This document shows positions 19,660 through 30,208 of a stretch of 64,000 nucleotides of DNA, piece after piece. Numbering within the stretch: position 1 is the first letter of the stretch; each line of letters starts with the position of its first letter. Under the pieces are notes generated by a model that saw nothing but the letters and a program-made list of their open reading frames with translations, ran no database searches and was not told where the DNA came from. A program made the translations under genes and the position numbers. The stretch comes from Candidatus Helarchaeota archaeon (GTDB lineage: Archaea; Asgardarchaeota; Lokiarchaeia; Helarchaeales; RDOG01): NCBI GenBank assembly GCA_019058315.1, contig JAHPZH010000002.1:480001-544000 (forward strand), read 5' to 3'.

Positions 19660-19778
19660 TTTAAGTTGAAGTTTTAAATAGAATTTTCAATAATAATAGA
19701 AAAATTAAATAAAATTAATATTCTTTCAAAAACTTTGATTAATATAATTTCCATAAAAAACTCAATTTAAAAGATAAA

Positions 19779-20549
19779 GTGAAAATTTTGAGCAATACAG
19801 AAAAAAAAGAAGAAGAACAAGAAGAAGAAAAAGAAGAAGAAGAAATTAAGCCTGAAGCAAAAATTTCACCTTTAGAAATTAAAATATTAAATGAATTACA
19901 AATATTACAATTTCTAGATAACATTATAGAAGACTCCCTTCTATATATTTACAATAAAACAGTTAAATATTTTCAAAAGGATATGGAAAATTTTATTGAA
20001 AACTCTGAATCTGAGTTAAGAGATGTTTGGAGGGACAATAAGAAAGAATTTGAAAATATATATACATTTTCTGAAGAATTTGCAAAAAAAAATGGAATTA
20101 AAAGATCACTACAAAAAGAAACCTTAATTTATTCAATTCCCATTTATGCTATAGTTATTGGATTTACATTTATTATTTATCTTTTTCCTCAGTTATTTTC
20201 TATAACACAAGAGTTTATGATGTATATTCTCTTTATACCTTTCCTCTTTCTTTGTATAACCAATTCAATAGTTTCAAGAATGGTAATCAATAAAAGAATG
20301 AAATTTCGAGATGAAAAAAGCCCTATATTAAAAGAACAAATAAAAGATTCTATAGAAAGTATTCGAAATGTAAATCAAATTATTATTAATGATATTAAGG
20401 ATCTCATATTAGAAAATGAATTCGTACCATCAAAATTTAAAGCTTATTTATATAATAAAGAATATGAAAATATCAAGGTATTAGAAACCAAAGAGCAACA
20501 TAAAATTCCAATACACCTTATTGGAATCGATGTTGATCAAAATCCATGA
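19779..20549 (+). CDS. Hypothetical membrane protein (2 TM) with acidic N-terminus
   Basis: Glu-rich N-terminus, central hydrophobic hairpin. Confidence 0.65.
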   Translation: MKILSNTEKKEEEQEEEKEEEEIKPEAKISPLEIKILNELQILQFLDNIIEDSLLYIYNKTVKYFQKDMENFIENSESELRDVWRDNKKEFENIYTFSEEFAKKNGIKRSLQKETLIYSIPIYAIVIGFTFIIYLFPQLFSITQEFMMYILFIPFLFLCITNSIVSRMVINKRMKFRDEKSPILKEQIKDSIESIRNVNQIIINDIKDLILENEFVPSKFKAYLYNKEYENIKVLETKEQHKIPIHLIGIDVDQNP

Positions 20550-20571
20550 ATAAATAAAGAAATTGATAGAA

Positions 20572-20883
20572 ATGTCTAATGAAATAGAAGTCAAATATAA
20601 AATCTTAAGTGAACATCTTATCTGGGTAGATGAAACACTAATAGATGAGTTAATTAGTTTTTTAGAAGAAAAATTAGGTTCTAATGTTGTAATATCCCGA
20701 GATAAAAATTTTGTTTTAATAGGTTTATCGAAAGATCATGATCTTTCTAAAAGAACTTTAAAAGTATATATTAAAAGGTTCTTACATAAATATGAATTAC
20801 TTGATAGGTTAAGAGTAATATCTGGTGACGAAGAAAGTTATATAATTCATAAACGAAGAGGTATCGAAGTTACACGCTTTTAA
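20572..20883 (+). CDS. rpl22e: Ribosomal protein eL22 homologue
   Basis: FLEEKL...LSKRTLKVYIKRFLHKYELLDRLRVIS...ESY parallels the eL22 pattern FLQERI...[27 protein letters not shown]...ESY. Confidence 0.8.
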   Translation: MSNEIEVKYKILSEHLIWVDETLIDELISFLEEKLGSNVVISRDKNFVLIGLSKDHDLSKRTLKVYIKRFLHKYELLDRLRVISGDEESYIIHKRRGIEVTRF

Positions 20884-21001
20884 TGCTAAAGACTTTTTAA
20901 TATAAAAATACAATTTTTTTGCTATAAATTTTACATATCATTAATATATATACAAAATTGGAATTGTATTGATTATCTAGTTTTCTTTTAGGAGGCTCAG
21001 A

Positions 21002-22135
21002 TTGGAAAGACGAAAAATTAGAAAAGAAGAAGAAAAGGAAAGAGAAAGGAAGAAAAAGGAATTAAAGAAATCTTTCCACAAAACCGAAAAAGGCAAAACA
21101 AGATCTGGCCTATCTAAGGTAACAGCAGCTAAAATAATTATCATTTTAGCAATTATTATTACTCCAATTGTCATTTTTTTTGTCTATCAATATTTTGAAA
21201 CCGAAAAAAAACCTCAATATTCATTTCTAACAGAAGGTGACTATGTATATGGAACCTGGTTGGACGGAAATGAATTAAATTTCACACATATTAAAAGTAC
21301 AATTGCATTTGCAGGTACCCCTGAATTTATGAATATGGAACTATCCGATAGTTATCCATATGATTCTAATTTATACAAAGCTCAGTTAAAAAGCACTTTT
21401 CATTCAGCCATAGCAATTCCATATGACGTTCATCCCCATGATCACCATGAAGATCCTGATTGTTATGTTGAATTTGCGGTTGGATTCATCCACAATGTAC
21501 CTAATGTGTTTTATGTCTTAAGAAGAGCTGGTGGGGTAGTTTATCCTTCCGTATTAGAATGGAATTATATTTTAAATGGAACCGATTTGGAAACTTTAAC
21601 TTCAGAACAAGAATATTACTTTTTCAATCCTATAATCACTGTAGACCCCTCAAATAGAGAACTAAAAGTATCTACTGATGTTGAGATCCATGTTGTAATC
21701 AATATAACTGCTGGATATTATAATAGCCTCGGAATAACTGAAATGAATATGGTATTTAAAGATAATAAAAATTTAACATTTAAAGATGCAGAAGTTTTTA
21801 TTGGGGGACTAAGTGGAAGACCTGGATATTATTCTTTTAAATCAAGGAAAGGTAGGGTTAGTGCATTTAATTCAATGTATTTAGATTTTAATATTACTGT
21901 AAATTCAAATCAAAGCTTTACAAGTGAAGATATTTTATCCTCAGGGAGTCTATCTTTCCAATTTAAGAACAAATTATTACAAGACATATATACTTCAAGA
22001 CGTTTTGGGTCTCTAAAGCTTAATGTATTAGGAATACCAGATGAAGATCAAATTGAGGCATTTATATATATGATCAGACAAAAACATCTTAATTTTCATA
22101 TCGATATTCCTCTTAATTTTAGTTGTACTGTTTAA
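21002..22135 (+). CDS. Single-pass membrane protein, basic N-terminus, extracytoplasmic beta-rich domain
   Basis: K/R/E-rich N-terminus, one TM segment, His-rich HPHDHHED patch. Confidence 0.65.
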   Translation: MERRKIRKEEEKERERKKKELKKSFHKTEKGKTRSGLSKVTAAKIIIILAIIITPIVIFFVYQYFETEKKPQYSFLTEGDYVYGTWLDGNELNFTHIKSTIAFAGTPEFMNMELSDSYPYDSNLYKAQLKSTFHSAIAIPYDVHPHDHHEDPDCYVEFAVGFIHNVPNVFYVLRRAGGVVYPSVLEWNYILNGTDLETLTSEQEYYFFNPIITVDPSNRELKVSTDVEIHVVINITAGYYNSLGITEMNMVFKDNKNLTFKDAEVFIGGLSGRPGYYSFKSRKGRVSAFNSMYLDFNITVNSNQSFTSEDILSSGSLSFQFKNKLLQDIYTSRRFGSLKLNVLGIPDEDQIEAFIYMIRQKHLNFHIDIPLNFSCTV

Positions 22136-22144
22136 CAATCTCAT

Positions 22145-22972
22145 TTAAACTAGAGGATGAGCATAACAGTAAATACAGGCATGTTTACAAATTTGTTCAT
22201 TATAATTTCCAATATCCCTACTTTTTGTACAACCACAACCTTCACGTGTTGGGGTTTTCGCTGTTGAGCATTTCTCTTTGAAAAGTTTACTAAGATAATT
22301 TCCATCTATACAATGTGCTGAATATATATTAGGGATTTTAGCTAAATCAGGATTACAGCAAGAATACATTCGAATACCCAAATTTTTGCAAAGTTGCGCC
22401 ATAGGCTCAATAATTTTTATTTTTTCTTTTAGGGTAGGATCATAATATTCAAGTCCAAATTTCTTCGAGCGATTTATACTTTTTTTATACCAATTTGCAA
22501 AACTAAACACACAATTATTTATACCAAGATCTCCCACATGTTTTATAATAGTCTCAAAACTGTTTAAATTATTCTTTAATTCATTTTCCCCGCTTTCACG
22601 CCAAAATACTATTGGATCAAATCTATATTCTATATATTCAGGTCCATATTCTGCAACAAGTTGATTTAATTGATCTAGTCTTTTATCTAAACTAATTACA
22701 TTAGGTTCCCAACGCTTACAATTATTAATAGTAAATATAAAAAAGAGGTTATAATCATCAAATTCAGAAGAATTTTTCAAAAACTTTCCGAAATCCTTAC
22801 TCCAAAAAACGATTGAATGGACATCTGATTTTTTTAATGAAACTTTATATTTTTGAGTAGGATAAAAAGGATTCTTAACCATCACATAACCTTGATGTAT
22901 CTTTTCCAAGAACCAATCAAGATAAAATGCCGGAATATCAGTTCTTCTTGAAGCACTAATTATAGATTTCAT
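22145..22972 (-). CDS. DUF1848 family protein (radical-SAM-like)
   Basis: IISASRRTDIPAFY start, VFWSK, RFDPI, C-terminal CGC...DIG.Y...CKHACIYCYA. Confidence 0.9.
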   Translation of the reverse strand: MKSIISASRRTDIPAFYLDWFLEKIHQGYVMVKNPFYPTQKYKVSLKKSDVHSIVFWSKDFGKFLKNSSEFDDYNLFFIFTINNCKRWEPNVISLDKRLDQLNQLVAEYGPEYIEYRFDPIVFWRESGENELKNNLNSFETIIKHVGDLGINNCVFSFANWYKKSINRSKKFGLEYYDPTLKEKIKIIEPMAQLCKNLGIRMYSCCNPDLAKIPNIYSAHCIDGNYLSKLFKEKCSTAKTPTREGCGCTKSRDIGNYNEQICKHACIYCYAHPLV

Positions 22973-22990
22973 TTCTAATTATATTTAGCC

Positions 22991-23566
22991 TTATAAATTT
23001 AAAAAATTTTGAATTATTTTCATTCCATGTGGAATTGTTAGGATTGATTCGGGATGAAACTGAACACCTTCCATTTTATATTTTTTATGTCGTACTCCCA
23101 TAATTGTGCCGTCTTCTGCCTTGGCTGAAATCTCTAACGAATCAGGGAGGGATTCTTCCCAAGCAGCTAAACTATGATATCGCGTAGCTTCAAATGGTTT
23201 CGGTAATTCCTTAAAAATTGTCTTACCATCATGATAGATCTTTGCCAGTTCACCATGAATTGGACCAACTCTGGCTCTATCTACTATACCTCCCATTGCC
23301 TCGACAATGACTTGTAACCCAAGACATACACCAAATATTGGAATTTTTTTATAGAATTTTTCTATAATGGGGATGACATTTCCTGTATCTGTTCTAGGAT
23401 GTCCTGGTCCTGGACTGATTACAATTCTATCGGGATTAAATTCTTCGAGTTCTTCAATTGTAATTTCATTATTTACTACAACAACATTACAATCATTTTG
23501 TAAGAAATAGTCTACAATAATATATACAAATGAATCGTTATTGTTTATAAAAAGAACCTTATTCAT
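22991..23566 (-). CDS. trpG: Anthranilate synthase component II
   Basis: SPGPGHP, GVCLG, RYHSL, GVQFHPES. Confidence 0.95.
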   Translation of the reverse strand: MNKVLFINNNDSFVYIIVDYFLQNDCNVVVVNNEITIEELEEFNPDRIVISPGPGHPRTDTGNVIPIIEKFYKKIPIFGVCLGLQVIVEAMGGIVDRARVGPIHGELAKIYHDGKTIFKELPKPFEATRYHSLAAWEESLPDSLEISAKAEDGTIMGVRHKKYKMEGVQFHPESILTIPHGMKIIQNFLNL

Positions 23567-25049
23567 GTTTGACTTCCTCCGCCATTTTTACTGCTTGTAG
23601 AATAGATTTTAATTTATTTTCAGTCTCAAACCACTCATTAACTGGTTGGGAATGCTTGACTATTCCTCCGCCTGCTTGAGCTGTTATTTCTGTCTCATTT
23701 AAATATAAAGTCCTAATGGTTATTGCCCAATCACAATCTCCATTAAGAGAACAATAACCTACTACACCTGCATAAGGTCCTCGGGGTTCTTTTTCTAATT
23801 CGTTTATAATTTCCATGGCTCGTAATTTTGGAGCACCACTCACCGTTCCCGCAGGGAACATGCTTTTTAGAATTTCAAAACTGGAAATTTTATCTCTTTT
23901 TATGCTATTTAGTGTTGTAATGATATGCATTACATTTCTGAATCTTTTAATTTTCATAAAATCTATGGGTTCAACTGTACCTGGCTTTGATACTTTGGCA
24001 AGATCGTTTCTAGCTAAATCAACAAGCATAACATGCTCCGCTCTCTCCTTAATATCGTTTAATAACTCTAGTTCTAAGGCTTTATCTTCTTCTGGAGTAT
24101 TTCCTCTTTTTCTTGTGCCTGCTATTGGAACAGTAGAAATCTTATCATTATCTATTGTAACGAGTGCTTCTGGGGAGCTGCCTATAATTCTAATTTTACC
24201 AAAGTTCAGGTAATACATATATGGGCTGGGATTTATTTGTCTCAAGGCACCATAAATATCCATATCATGGGTTTCTGACTTTACTCTCAGTTTTCTAGAA
24301 AGAACTGATTGAATTATATCTCCTGAATAAATATAATCTTTAATTTTTTCAATCATTTTAAAATATTCAATTTCGCTAACATTTGATACTATGTTAGATG
24401 TGCCATTCATTGAGACTTTTGGATAATTGATAGGCTTTGAAGGTTTATATTTTTTCAAACTTCGAATAAGTCTCTCAGGGGGCTTATATCCATTTTTTAA
24501 GGCATTTTCAATAAAATAGAGTTTATTTGTTTTATGATTAAAAATTAAGACCTTTGTATGCATTCCGACCATGACATCTGGAAATTTAGATTTTTTGGTA
24601 TAACCTACCCACTCATTTACAATATCATAACCTATATAACCAAGATAACCTCCATAAAATACATTTCTTGGAAATATTTCATAAAATCCATGCTCTTCTA
24701 AAGGTGTAAGTGTTTCTAATAAATCTAAAGCTTTAACATTATAAACGACTTTATCAGTGAAGTTATCATAATGTTTAGATTTGTCCAAATTCTCACTAGA
24801 TTCTAAAAAGGCTTTTATAGTTTCGCCTTTTTCCGTCTTCAATTCTTTAAATTTGTATTTGTTATTTTTTATTTCAAGAATATAATCAGGTTCAAGACAT
24901 ATGAAACTAAAAAGCAATTCTTTACTCTCTTCTTGAACTGATTCTAGGAAAAAACTTTGTTTTAACTCTAAATCATAGTTTAAGTGCTTAAAAAGTGAGT
25001 ATATATCTGAAAACGTTCCAAGAGTTTCAATATGAAAATTAAATTCCAT
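23559..25049 (-). CDS. trpE: Anthranilate synthase component I
   Basis: NPSPYMY, SSPE, EHVMLVDLARND, PAGTVSGAPK. Confidence 0.95.
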   Translation of the reverse strand: MEFNFHIETLGTFSDIYSLFKHLNYDLELKQSFFLESVQEESKELLFSFICLEPDYILEIKNNKYKFKELKTEKGETIKAFLESSENLDKSKHYDNFTDKVVYNVKALDLLETLTPLEEHGFYEIFPRNVFYGGYLGYIGYDIVNEWVGYTKKSKFPDVMVGMHTKVLIFNHKTNKLYFIENALKNGYKPPERLIRSLKKYKPSKPINYPKVSMNGTSNIVSNVSEIEYFKMIEKIKDYIYSGDIIQSVLSRKLRVKSETHDMDIYGALRQINPSPYMYYLNFGKIRIIGSSPEALVTIDNDKISTVPIAGTRKRGNTPEEDKALELELLNDIKERAEHVMLVDLARNDLAKVSKPGTVEPIDFMKIKRFRNVMHIITTLNSIKRDKISSFEILKSMFPAGTVSGAPKLRAMEIINELEKEPRGPYAGVVGYCSLNGDCDWAITIRTLYLNETEITAQAGGGIVKHSQPVNEWFETENKLKSILQAVKMAEEVKHE

Positions 25050-25050
25050 T

Positions 25051-25863
25051 TTAAAGTCCCTCCTTTTTTGTAGCTTTTTTTAATTCTTTAATATATTTGC
25101 CTATTTTCTCTAAAGCATTATCTAAATCATTTAGATTATTTTCTAATATTTTTATAATGGCGGAGCCTACAATCATTCCATGCGCTCCTATTTTTAATAA
25201 TTCTCTTATATGTTCAGCCTTACTAATTCCAAAACCAACTGCTATAGGAAGATTCGTGATGGGAAGAAGGTGTAATAAACTCTCTGCAGTTATTTTTTCT
25301 AAGTTTTTTCGAGCACCAGTTGTTCCTAGAACTGCCATAAAATATATGAATCCTCCAGCAACTTCTAAAATTTTATGAAAACGAGCTTCATTTGTAGTTG
25401 GTGTTACCATAAAAATAATGTGGACATCATTTTTTTTAGCAAAATCTAATGCTGGAGCTGCTTCTTCAATAGGTAAGTCTGGGATAACTATACCTTGTAT
25501 CCCTGATTTTTTAGCATCACTGAAGAATTTCGACAAACCTCTTTGGAGTACCAAATTATAGTAGGTTAAAAATACTAGTGGGATATTTGTGAATTTTCGT
25601 ATTTTTTCAACTAATTCGAAGGCAATATCAGTATTCATACCATAATTTAAAGCTCTCTGAGACGAAGCCTGAATTGTTGGACCATCAGCTATTGGATCTG
25701 AAAAAGGTATGCCTAACTCTATTATATCTGCCCCGTTTTCTTCTAGAATTTTCACGAGCTTTAATGAATAATCTAGGTTAGGATCGCCCAATGTTATAAA
25801 AGGTATAAAAACTCCTTCGCCCTTTTCGTTTAAATCTCTAAAAACTTTATCAATAGAATTCAT
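25051..25863 (-). CDS. trpA: Tryptophan synthase alpha chain
   Basis: ELGIPFSDPIADGPTIQ, GTTG, VGFGIS. Confidence 0.97.
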   Translation of the reverse strand: MNSIDKVFRDLNEKGEGVFIPFITLGDPNLDYSLKLVKILEENGADIIELGIPFSDPIADGPTIQASSQRALNYGMNTDIAFELVEKIRKFTNIPLVFLTYYNLVLQRGLSKFFSDAKKSGIQGIVIPDLPIEEAAPALDFAKKNDVHIIFMVTPTTNEARFHKILEVAGGFIYFMAVLGTTGARKNLEKITAESLLHLLPITNLPIAVGFGISKAEHIRELLKIGAHGMIVGSAIIKILENNLNDLDNALEKIGKYIKELKKATKKEGL

Positions 25864-27066
25864 TTACAGATCTCCCATAAATTGTTGTACAATACCTAAA
25901 TCTTTTCCCCCATGTCCTGAAAGATTTAGTACAACAATATCGTTTTTATCAAATTTATCTGCAATTTTAACTAGATAAGCTAATGCGTGGGCAGGTTCTA
26001 AAGCAGGGATAATTCCTTCAGTTTTGGATAATAGATTAAATGCTGAAAGTGCTTCTTCATCAGTTGCCATGCCAGTTTTAAGTCGTTTAATCTCCTTTAA
26101 AAAACAATGTTCAGGGCCAACACCCGGATAATCTAAACCTGCACTAACACTATAGCTAGTTTTTATTTGGCCATATTTATCTTGCAAGACCTTTATATGA
26201 GCACCATGAAAAACTCCATTAGTTCCCAAATTTAAACTTGCACCAGTCATATTGGGATCATTTTTCTTTCCTTCAGCTTCGACGCCATATAGATCGACTG
26301 ATTGATCTTCAATGAAATCATAAAAAGCTCCAATAGCATTACTTCCACCCCCAATACAAGCAAAAATTGCATTAGGTAATTTATTTTCTTTTTCTAATAT
26401 TTGTTTTTTTATTTCTTTACCAATTATTCTTTGAAATTCTCTTACAATTAATGGATATGGATGAAAACCTACTACTGAACCAATTAAATAATATGTAGTT
26501 TGAACATTTGTAATCCAATCTCGCAAAGCTTCATTGATAGCATCTTTTAATGTCTGACTGCCGCTTGTAACAGTTCTAATTTTGGCTCCCAGTAGTTTCA
26601 TTCTTAATACATTATATTTCTGTCGTTCTACATCTTCAGCTCCCATGTAAATCTCTGTCGGAAATCCAAAAAATGCACCTACAATTGCAGTTGCAAACCC
26701 GTGTTGACCAGCACCAGTTTCAGCAATTAGTCTTTTCTTTCCCATTTTTTTAGCTAAAAGGGCTTGACCGAGAGTATTATTGATTTTATGAGCTCCACCG
26801 TGGAGCAAATCTTCTCTTTTTAAATATATTTTACATTTTAATTTTTCACTCAGTCGTTTGGCATAATATAAGGGAGTAGGGCGTCCCGCATAATCTTTTA
26901 ATAATAAATTTAGTTCCTTTTGAAATTTATCAGTGTAGAAAAGCGAGTTAAATGCTTTTTCCAACTCTTCTGCAGCTGGCATTAATACTTCCGGTGTAAA
27001 CATTCCTCCAAATTTGCCAAACTTTCCATGTTCATCTGGATATTTGTTATAATATTCAAGATTCAT
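25864..27066 (-). CDS. trpB: Tryptophan synthase beta chain (TrpB1)
   Basis: [38 protein letters not shown]. Confidence 0.97.
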   Translation of the reverse strand: MNLEYYNKYPDEHGKFGKFGGMFTPEVLMPAAEELEKAFNSLFYTDKFQKELNLLLKDYAGRPTPLYYAKRLSEKLKCKIYLKREDLLHGGAHKINNTLGQALLAKKMGKKRLIAETGAGQHGFATAIVGAFFGFPTEIYMGAEDVERQKYNVLRMKLLGAKIRTVTSGSQTLKDAINEALRDWITNVQTTYYLIGSVVGFHPYPLIVREFQRIIGKEIKKQILEKENKLPNAIFACIGGGSNAIGAFYDFIEDQSVDLYGVEAEGKKNDPNMTGASLNLGTNGVFHGAHIKVLQDKYGQIKTSYSVSAGLDYPGVGPEHCFLKEIKRLKTGMATDEEALSAFNLLSKTEGIIPALEPAHALAYLVKIADKFDKNDIVVLNLSGHGGKDLGIVQQFMGDL

Positions 27067-27731
27067 AAATTTGCCTCCTTAATTTTATGGATAAAATTAA
27101 TTATTTTATTAGGGTCTTTAATACCCGGAGATTGTTCCACTCCACTTGAAATATCTACAGCGTAAGGGTTTACAATATTTATAGCTTCAACAATATTATT
27201 TTCATTCAAACCTCCAGCTAAAATAAGTGGAATGTCTATATTATCCCTTACTTTTCTTGCAAGGTTCCAATCTATAGTTGAACCTGTTCCCCCTAACTTA
27301 TTTGGGATATACTTATCAATTAAAATTGCGTCTGAGTATTTTTGAAGAATTTTTGCTGCATTTAATGGTTTTTTATCTAAAATTTGTGACTCATTTTGCT
27401 TATTTACTGGCAAACCATTAATTATTTTTGTTGTGACTCTATTTTTAGTTTCTTTATAGAAAATTTCTTCAAAAAAACCGTGAATTTGAATTGCATCAGG
27501 ATGAACTTGTTTTTCAATTAACAAAATGTCATCAATTGAATTAGGAACTATGACAGCTACACTTGTAATAAATGGAGGGATCTTACTAAATAATTCATCT
27601 GCTTTTTGTTGTGAAATATTTCTTGGTGATTTTTCAACATTAATCACAGATCCTATAGCGTGATAACCTTCATTTATTGCTAATTTCAAATCAGTTTCGT
27701 TTTTTATACCGCAAATTTTAACTCTAACCAT
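27063..27731 (-). CDS. trpF: Phosphoribosylanthranilate isomerase
   Basis: [27 protein letters not shown]. Confidence 0.95.
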   Translation of the reverse strand: MVRVKICGIKNETDLKLAINEGYHAIGSVINVEKSPRNISQQKADELFSKIPPFITSVAVIVPNSIDDILLIEKQVHPDAIQIHGFFEEIFYKETKNRVTTKIINGLPVNKQNESQILDKKPLNAAKILQKYSDAILIDKYIPNKLGGTGSTIDWNLARKVRDNIDIPLILAGGLNENNIVEAINIVNPYAVDISSGVEQSPGIKDPNKIINFIHKIKEANL

Positions 27732-27732
27732 T

Positions 27733-28509
27733 TTAACTTGGCTCCAATAATTCTTTTAATTTTAATTGAATATCTGGGGCTTCCATTATAGAAGATCCTA
27801 TCAAAAATGCATTTGCTCCTGCTTTTAGCAAATTTTTTATGTCTTGATTTGTATAAATTCCGCTTTCGCTGATTATTATGCTATTCGGAAACCTATTACG
27901 AATTCGTGGTATCATATCCAGTGTAGTTTTTAAATTAACCTTTAGAGTTTCTAAATTTCGGTTATTTATTCCAATAATTTTAGGCTCTATTCCTTGAATT
28001 CTATTAAGATCCTCAGTATCATGAATTTCCATTAATACTTCTAAGTTAAGCGAAATAGCGAGGTTATACAATTCTTGAAGAAGTTCGTTTGATAACATTT
28101 TCACAATGAGAAGAATTACGTTCGCTCCTAATTCCATGCCATGATAAATTTGTTTTTTGTGAAAAATGAAATCTTTTAACAGAATCGGTAATGATATACT
28201 CTCTCTAACACGTTCTAAAATCTCAAAACTACCATTAAAATAATTTGGTTCAGTCAATACACTTATTCCCACTACGCCTCCAAGCTCCATTTTTTTTGCC
28301 AAATCTCCTACATTTCTAAAAGAAGAAATACTTCCTTTTGAGGGAGAAGCAAATTTAATTTCTGATATTATTGGATTTTTTTTACTATTTTTTATCCTTT
28401 CAATTAAACTAATCCGTTTGGTATTAATTTGCTCCGGAATTTTATAATTTTTTAGAAAGGAGCTTAAAGTAATTTTCCGGTTTTTTAATATTTTATCCAA
28501 TATATTCAC
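27733..28509 (-). CDS. trpC: Indole-3-glycerol phosphate synthase
   Basis: EIKFASPSKG, SVLTEP, LLKDF, GINNRNL, SESGI. Confidence 0.95.
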   Translation of the reverse strand: MNILDKILKNRKITLSSFLKNYKIPEQINTKRISLIERIKNSKKNPIISEIKFASPSKGSISSFRNVGDLAKKMELGGVVGISVLTEPNYFNGSFEILERVRESISLPILLKDFIFHKKQIYHGMELGANVILLIVKMLSNELLQELYNLAISLNLEVLMEIHDTEDLNRIQGIEPKIIGINNRNLETLKVNLKTTLDMIPRIRNRFPNSIIISESGIYTNQDIKNLLKAGANAFLIGSSIMEAPDIQLKLKELLEPS

Positions 28510-29564
28510 AGAAATTGTTCCTCCATTTTTTCTATTTTTTCTAAAGATCCTCCGGAATTTTTAATAAGTTCTTTAAGTTTTTTATATGCATTTCCACTAG
28601 AAATACTCTCCTTAGCTACATCTAGTCCTTCATTTATGGTTTTTGCTTTCTGTCCTACCACTATTCCAGCAGCTGAATTCAATAATACAATATCTGTCTT
28701 TTTTGAACTGTCTCCACTTAGAATTTTTATTGCAATTTTCAAATTTTCATCCAATAATCCTCCTTGAATATCCTTAGGTTCAGCTTTTGGAATTGAAAAA
28801 TCCTTTGGAGAGATATAAAACGTGTTAACCTTATTATTATTTAATTCGGAGATCTTCGTTTTACCCAAAGTCGAAATTTCATCCAAACCTGGCTCGCCAT
28901 GAACAATATATGCCGTATCAGTACCTAATGTTTTTAAAGCATTTGCCATTTTTTCTGTTATATTCGGATCAAAAACTCCTAGAAGTTGTGAATTAGCATT
29001 TGCAGGATTAGTTAAAGGTCCTAAAATATTAAACACGGTTCTCAATCCAATTTCTCTTCTAGGACCAATTGCATATTTCATAGCTGGATGAAATATTGGT
29101 GCAAACATAAAGCCTATTCCATTTTCAATACATTTTTCAACTATTTTAGGTTCTGCATTAATATTAACCCCAAATCCCTCAAGGAGATCAGCGCTCCCAC
29201 ACTTGCTTGTAACAGAACGATTACCATGTTTAGCTATATTAATACCCGCACCTGCAACAATAAATGCCGCGATAGTACTAATATTAAATGTCTTGATTTC
29301 ATCTCCACCAGTTCCGCATGTGTCTACTAAAACTTTATCATATTTTGGATTAATTTTACTGCAAAACTTTCTCATTATTTTGGCAAATGCAGCAATTTCA
29401 CTAAAATTTTCGCCTTTTTGTCTTAATAATACTAAAAAGGCTCCAATTTGTGCTGGAGTAGCTTTTCCAGACATAATTAATTCCATGGCTTGTTCAGCCA
29501 AGTCTGTTTCTAAATCTTTACCATTTGCTAACAAATTTAAGATAAATTTCATATCAGAAGTCAT
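28506..29564 (-). CDS. trpD: Anthranilate phosphoribosyltransferase
   Basis: DTCGTGGD, FNIST, KHGNRS, FNILGPLTNP; SD GAGGTG precedes ATG 29564. Confidence 0.96.
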   Translation of the reverse strand: MTSDMKFILNLLANGKDLETDLAEQAMELIMSGKATPAQIGAFLVLLRQKGENFSEIAAFAKIMRKFCSKINPKYDKVLVDTCGTGGDEIKTFNISTIAAFIVAGAGINIAKHGNRSVTSKCGSADLLEGFGVNINAEPKIVEKCIENGIGFMFAPIFHPAMKYAIGPRREIGLRTVFNILGPLTNPANANSQLLGVFDPNITEKMANALKTLGTDTAYIVHGEPGLDEISTLGKTKISELNNNKVNTFYISPKDFSIPKAEPKDIQGGLLDENLKIAIKILSGDSSKKTDIVLLNSAAGIVVGQKAKTINEGLDVAKESISSGNAYKKLKELIKNSGGSLEKIEKMEEQFL

Positions 29565-29574
29565 AATAATCACC

Positions 29575-29850
29575 TCAAAATTTTAATTATTAATAAAACC
29601 AATTTCAAATAGCGCATTTAGTAATGCCAGGACCAAGACCAGAAAAAAGAATTATGTGATTGAATATAATCTTGGTTAGTAGCATTAAAAATAACATTAA
29701 AAATAAAAAAAGATGTAAAAAAACTAATAAAATTGCTTTTATCGTAGATAAAGTCCTCTCTTCTGAAATTTTTCTTCCTTATAAAAGTAAATTCCAGTCC
29801 AATTCTCAGTCCACCGATTATCGCTAATTATCACTATTAAATATTTAAAC
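29575..29850 (-). promoter_or_regulatory. trp operon promoter and ~250-nt leader with Trp-containing uORFs and alternative hairpins
   Basis: TATA-like TTTAAATA 29849-42; uORF 29802-29779 (MDWNLLL); 69-codon open frame 29827-29618 ending FFWSWSWHY*. Confidence 0.6.
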
Positions 29851-30208
29851 GTTGTTATTTTTCTGAACACATCCAAAAAACATTTTTTCAAATTATGAAA
29901 TCAGAAAATTAACAATTTATAGAATACATTGAAGAATTTACACTTATTTATCTTGTTTTTAAAAATTCTTGTATTTTGGGTAATTTAGCAAGATTCTCAA
30001 CCCTTTTATTCGATAATCTAAAATTTTAAAACCAATAATTTAATATTTTCACTCAATAGCATGAATTCTATCATCTATATGAATTTTATTTATAGAGCAT
30101 AATCTCATTTCTCATTTCATATGTCGAAATTTTTAAAAAGAACTTCAGTTTATTTTCCAATTATAAAGTATTTTTCAATTTATTAAAAATGACGAAGGGA
30201 GTGATCTA

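Noticed and set aside
29605-29697. 30-aa ATG-initiated ORF (MLFLMLLTK...) in the trp leader as the leader peptide
   Set aside because: It contains no Trp codons and has no SD. The Trp cluster is in a different frame.
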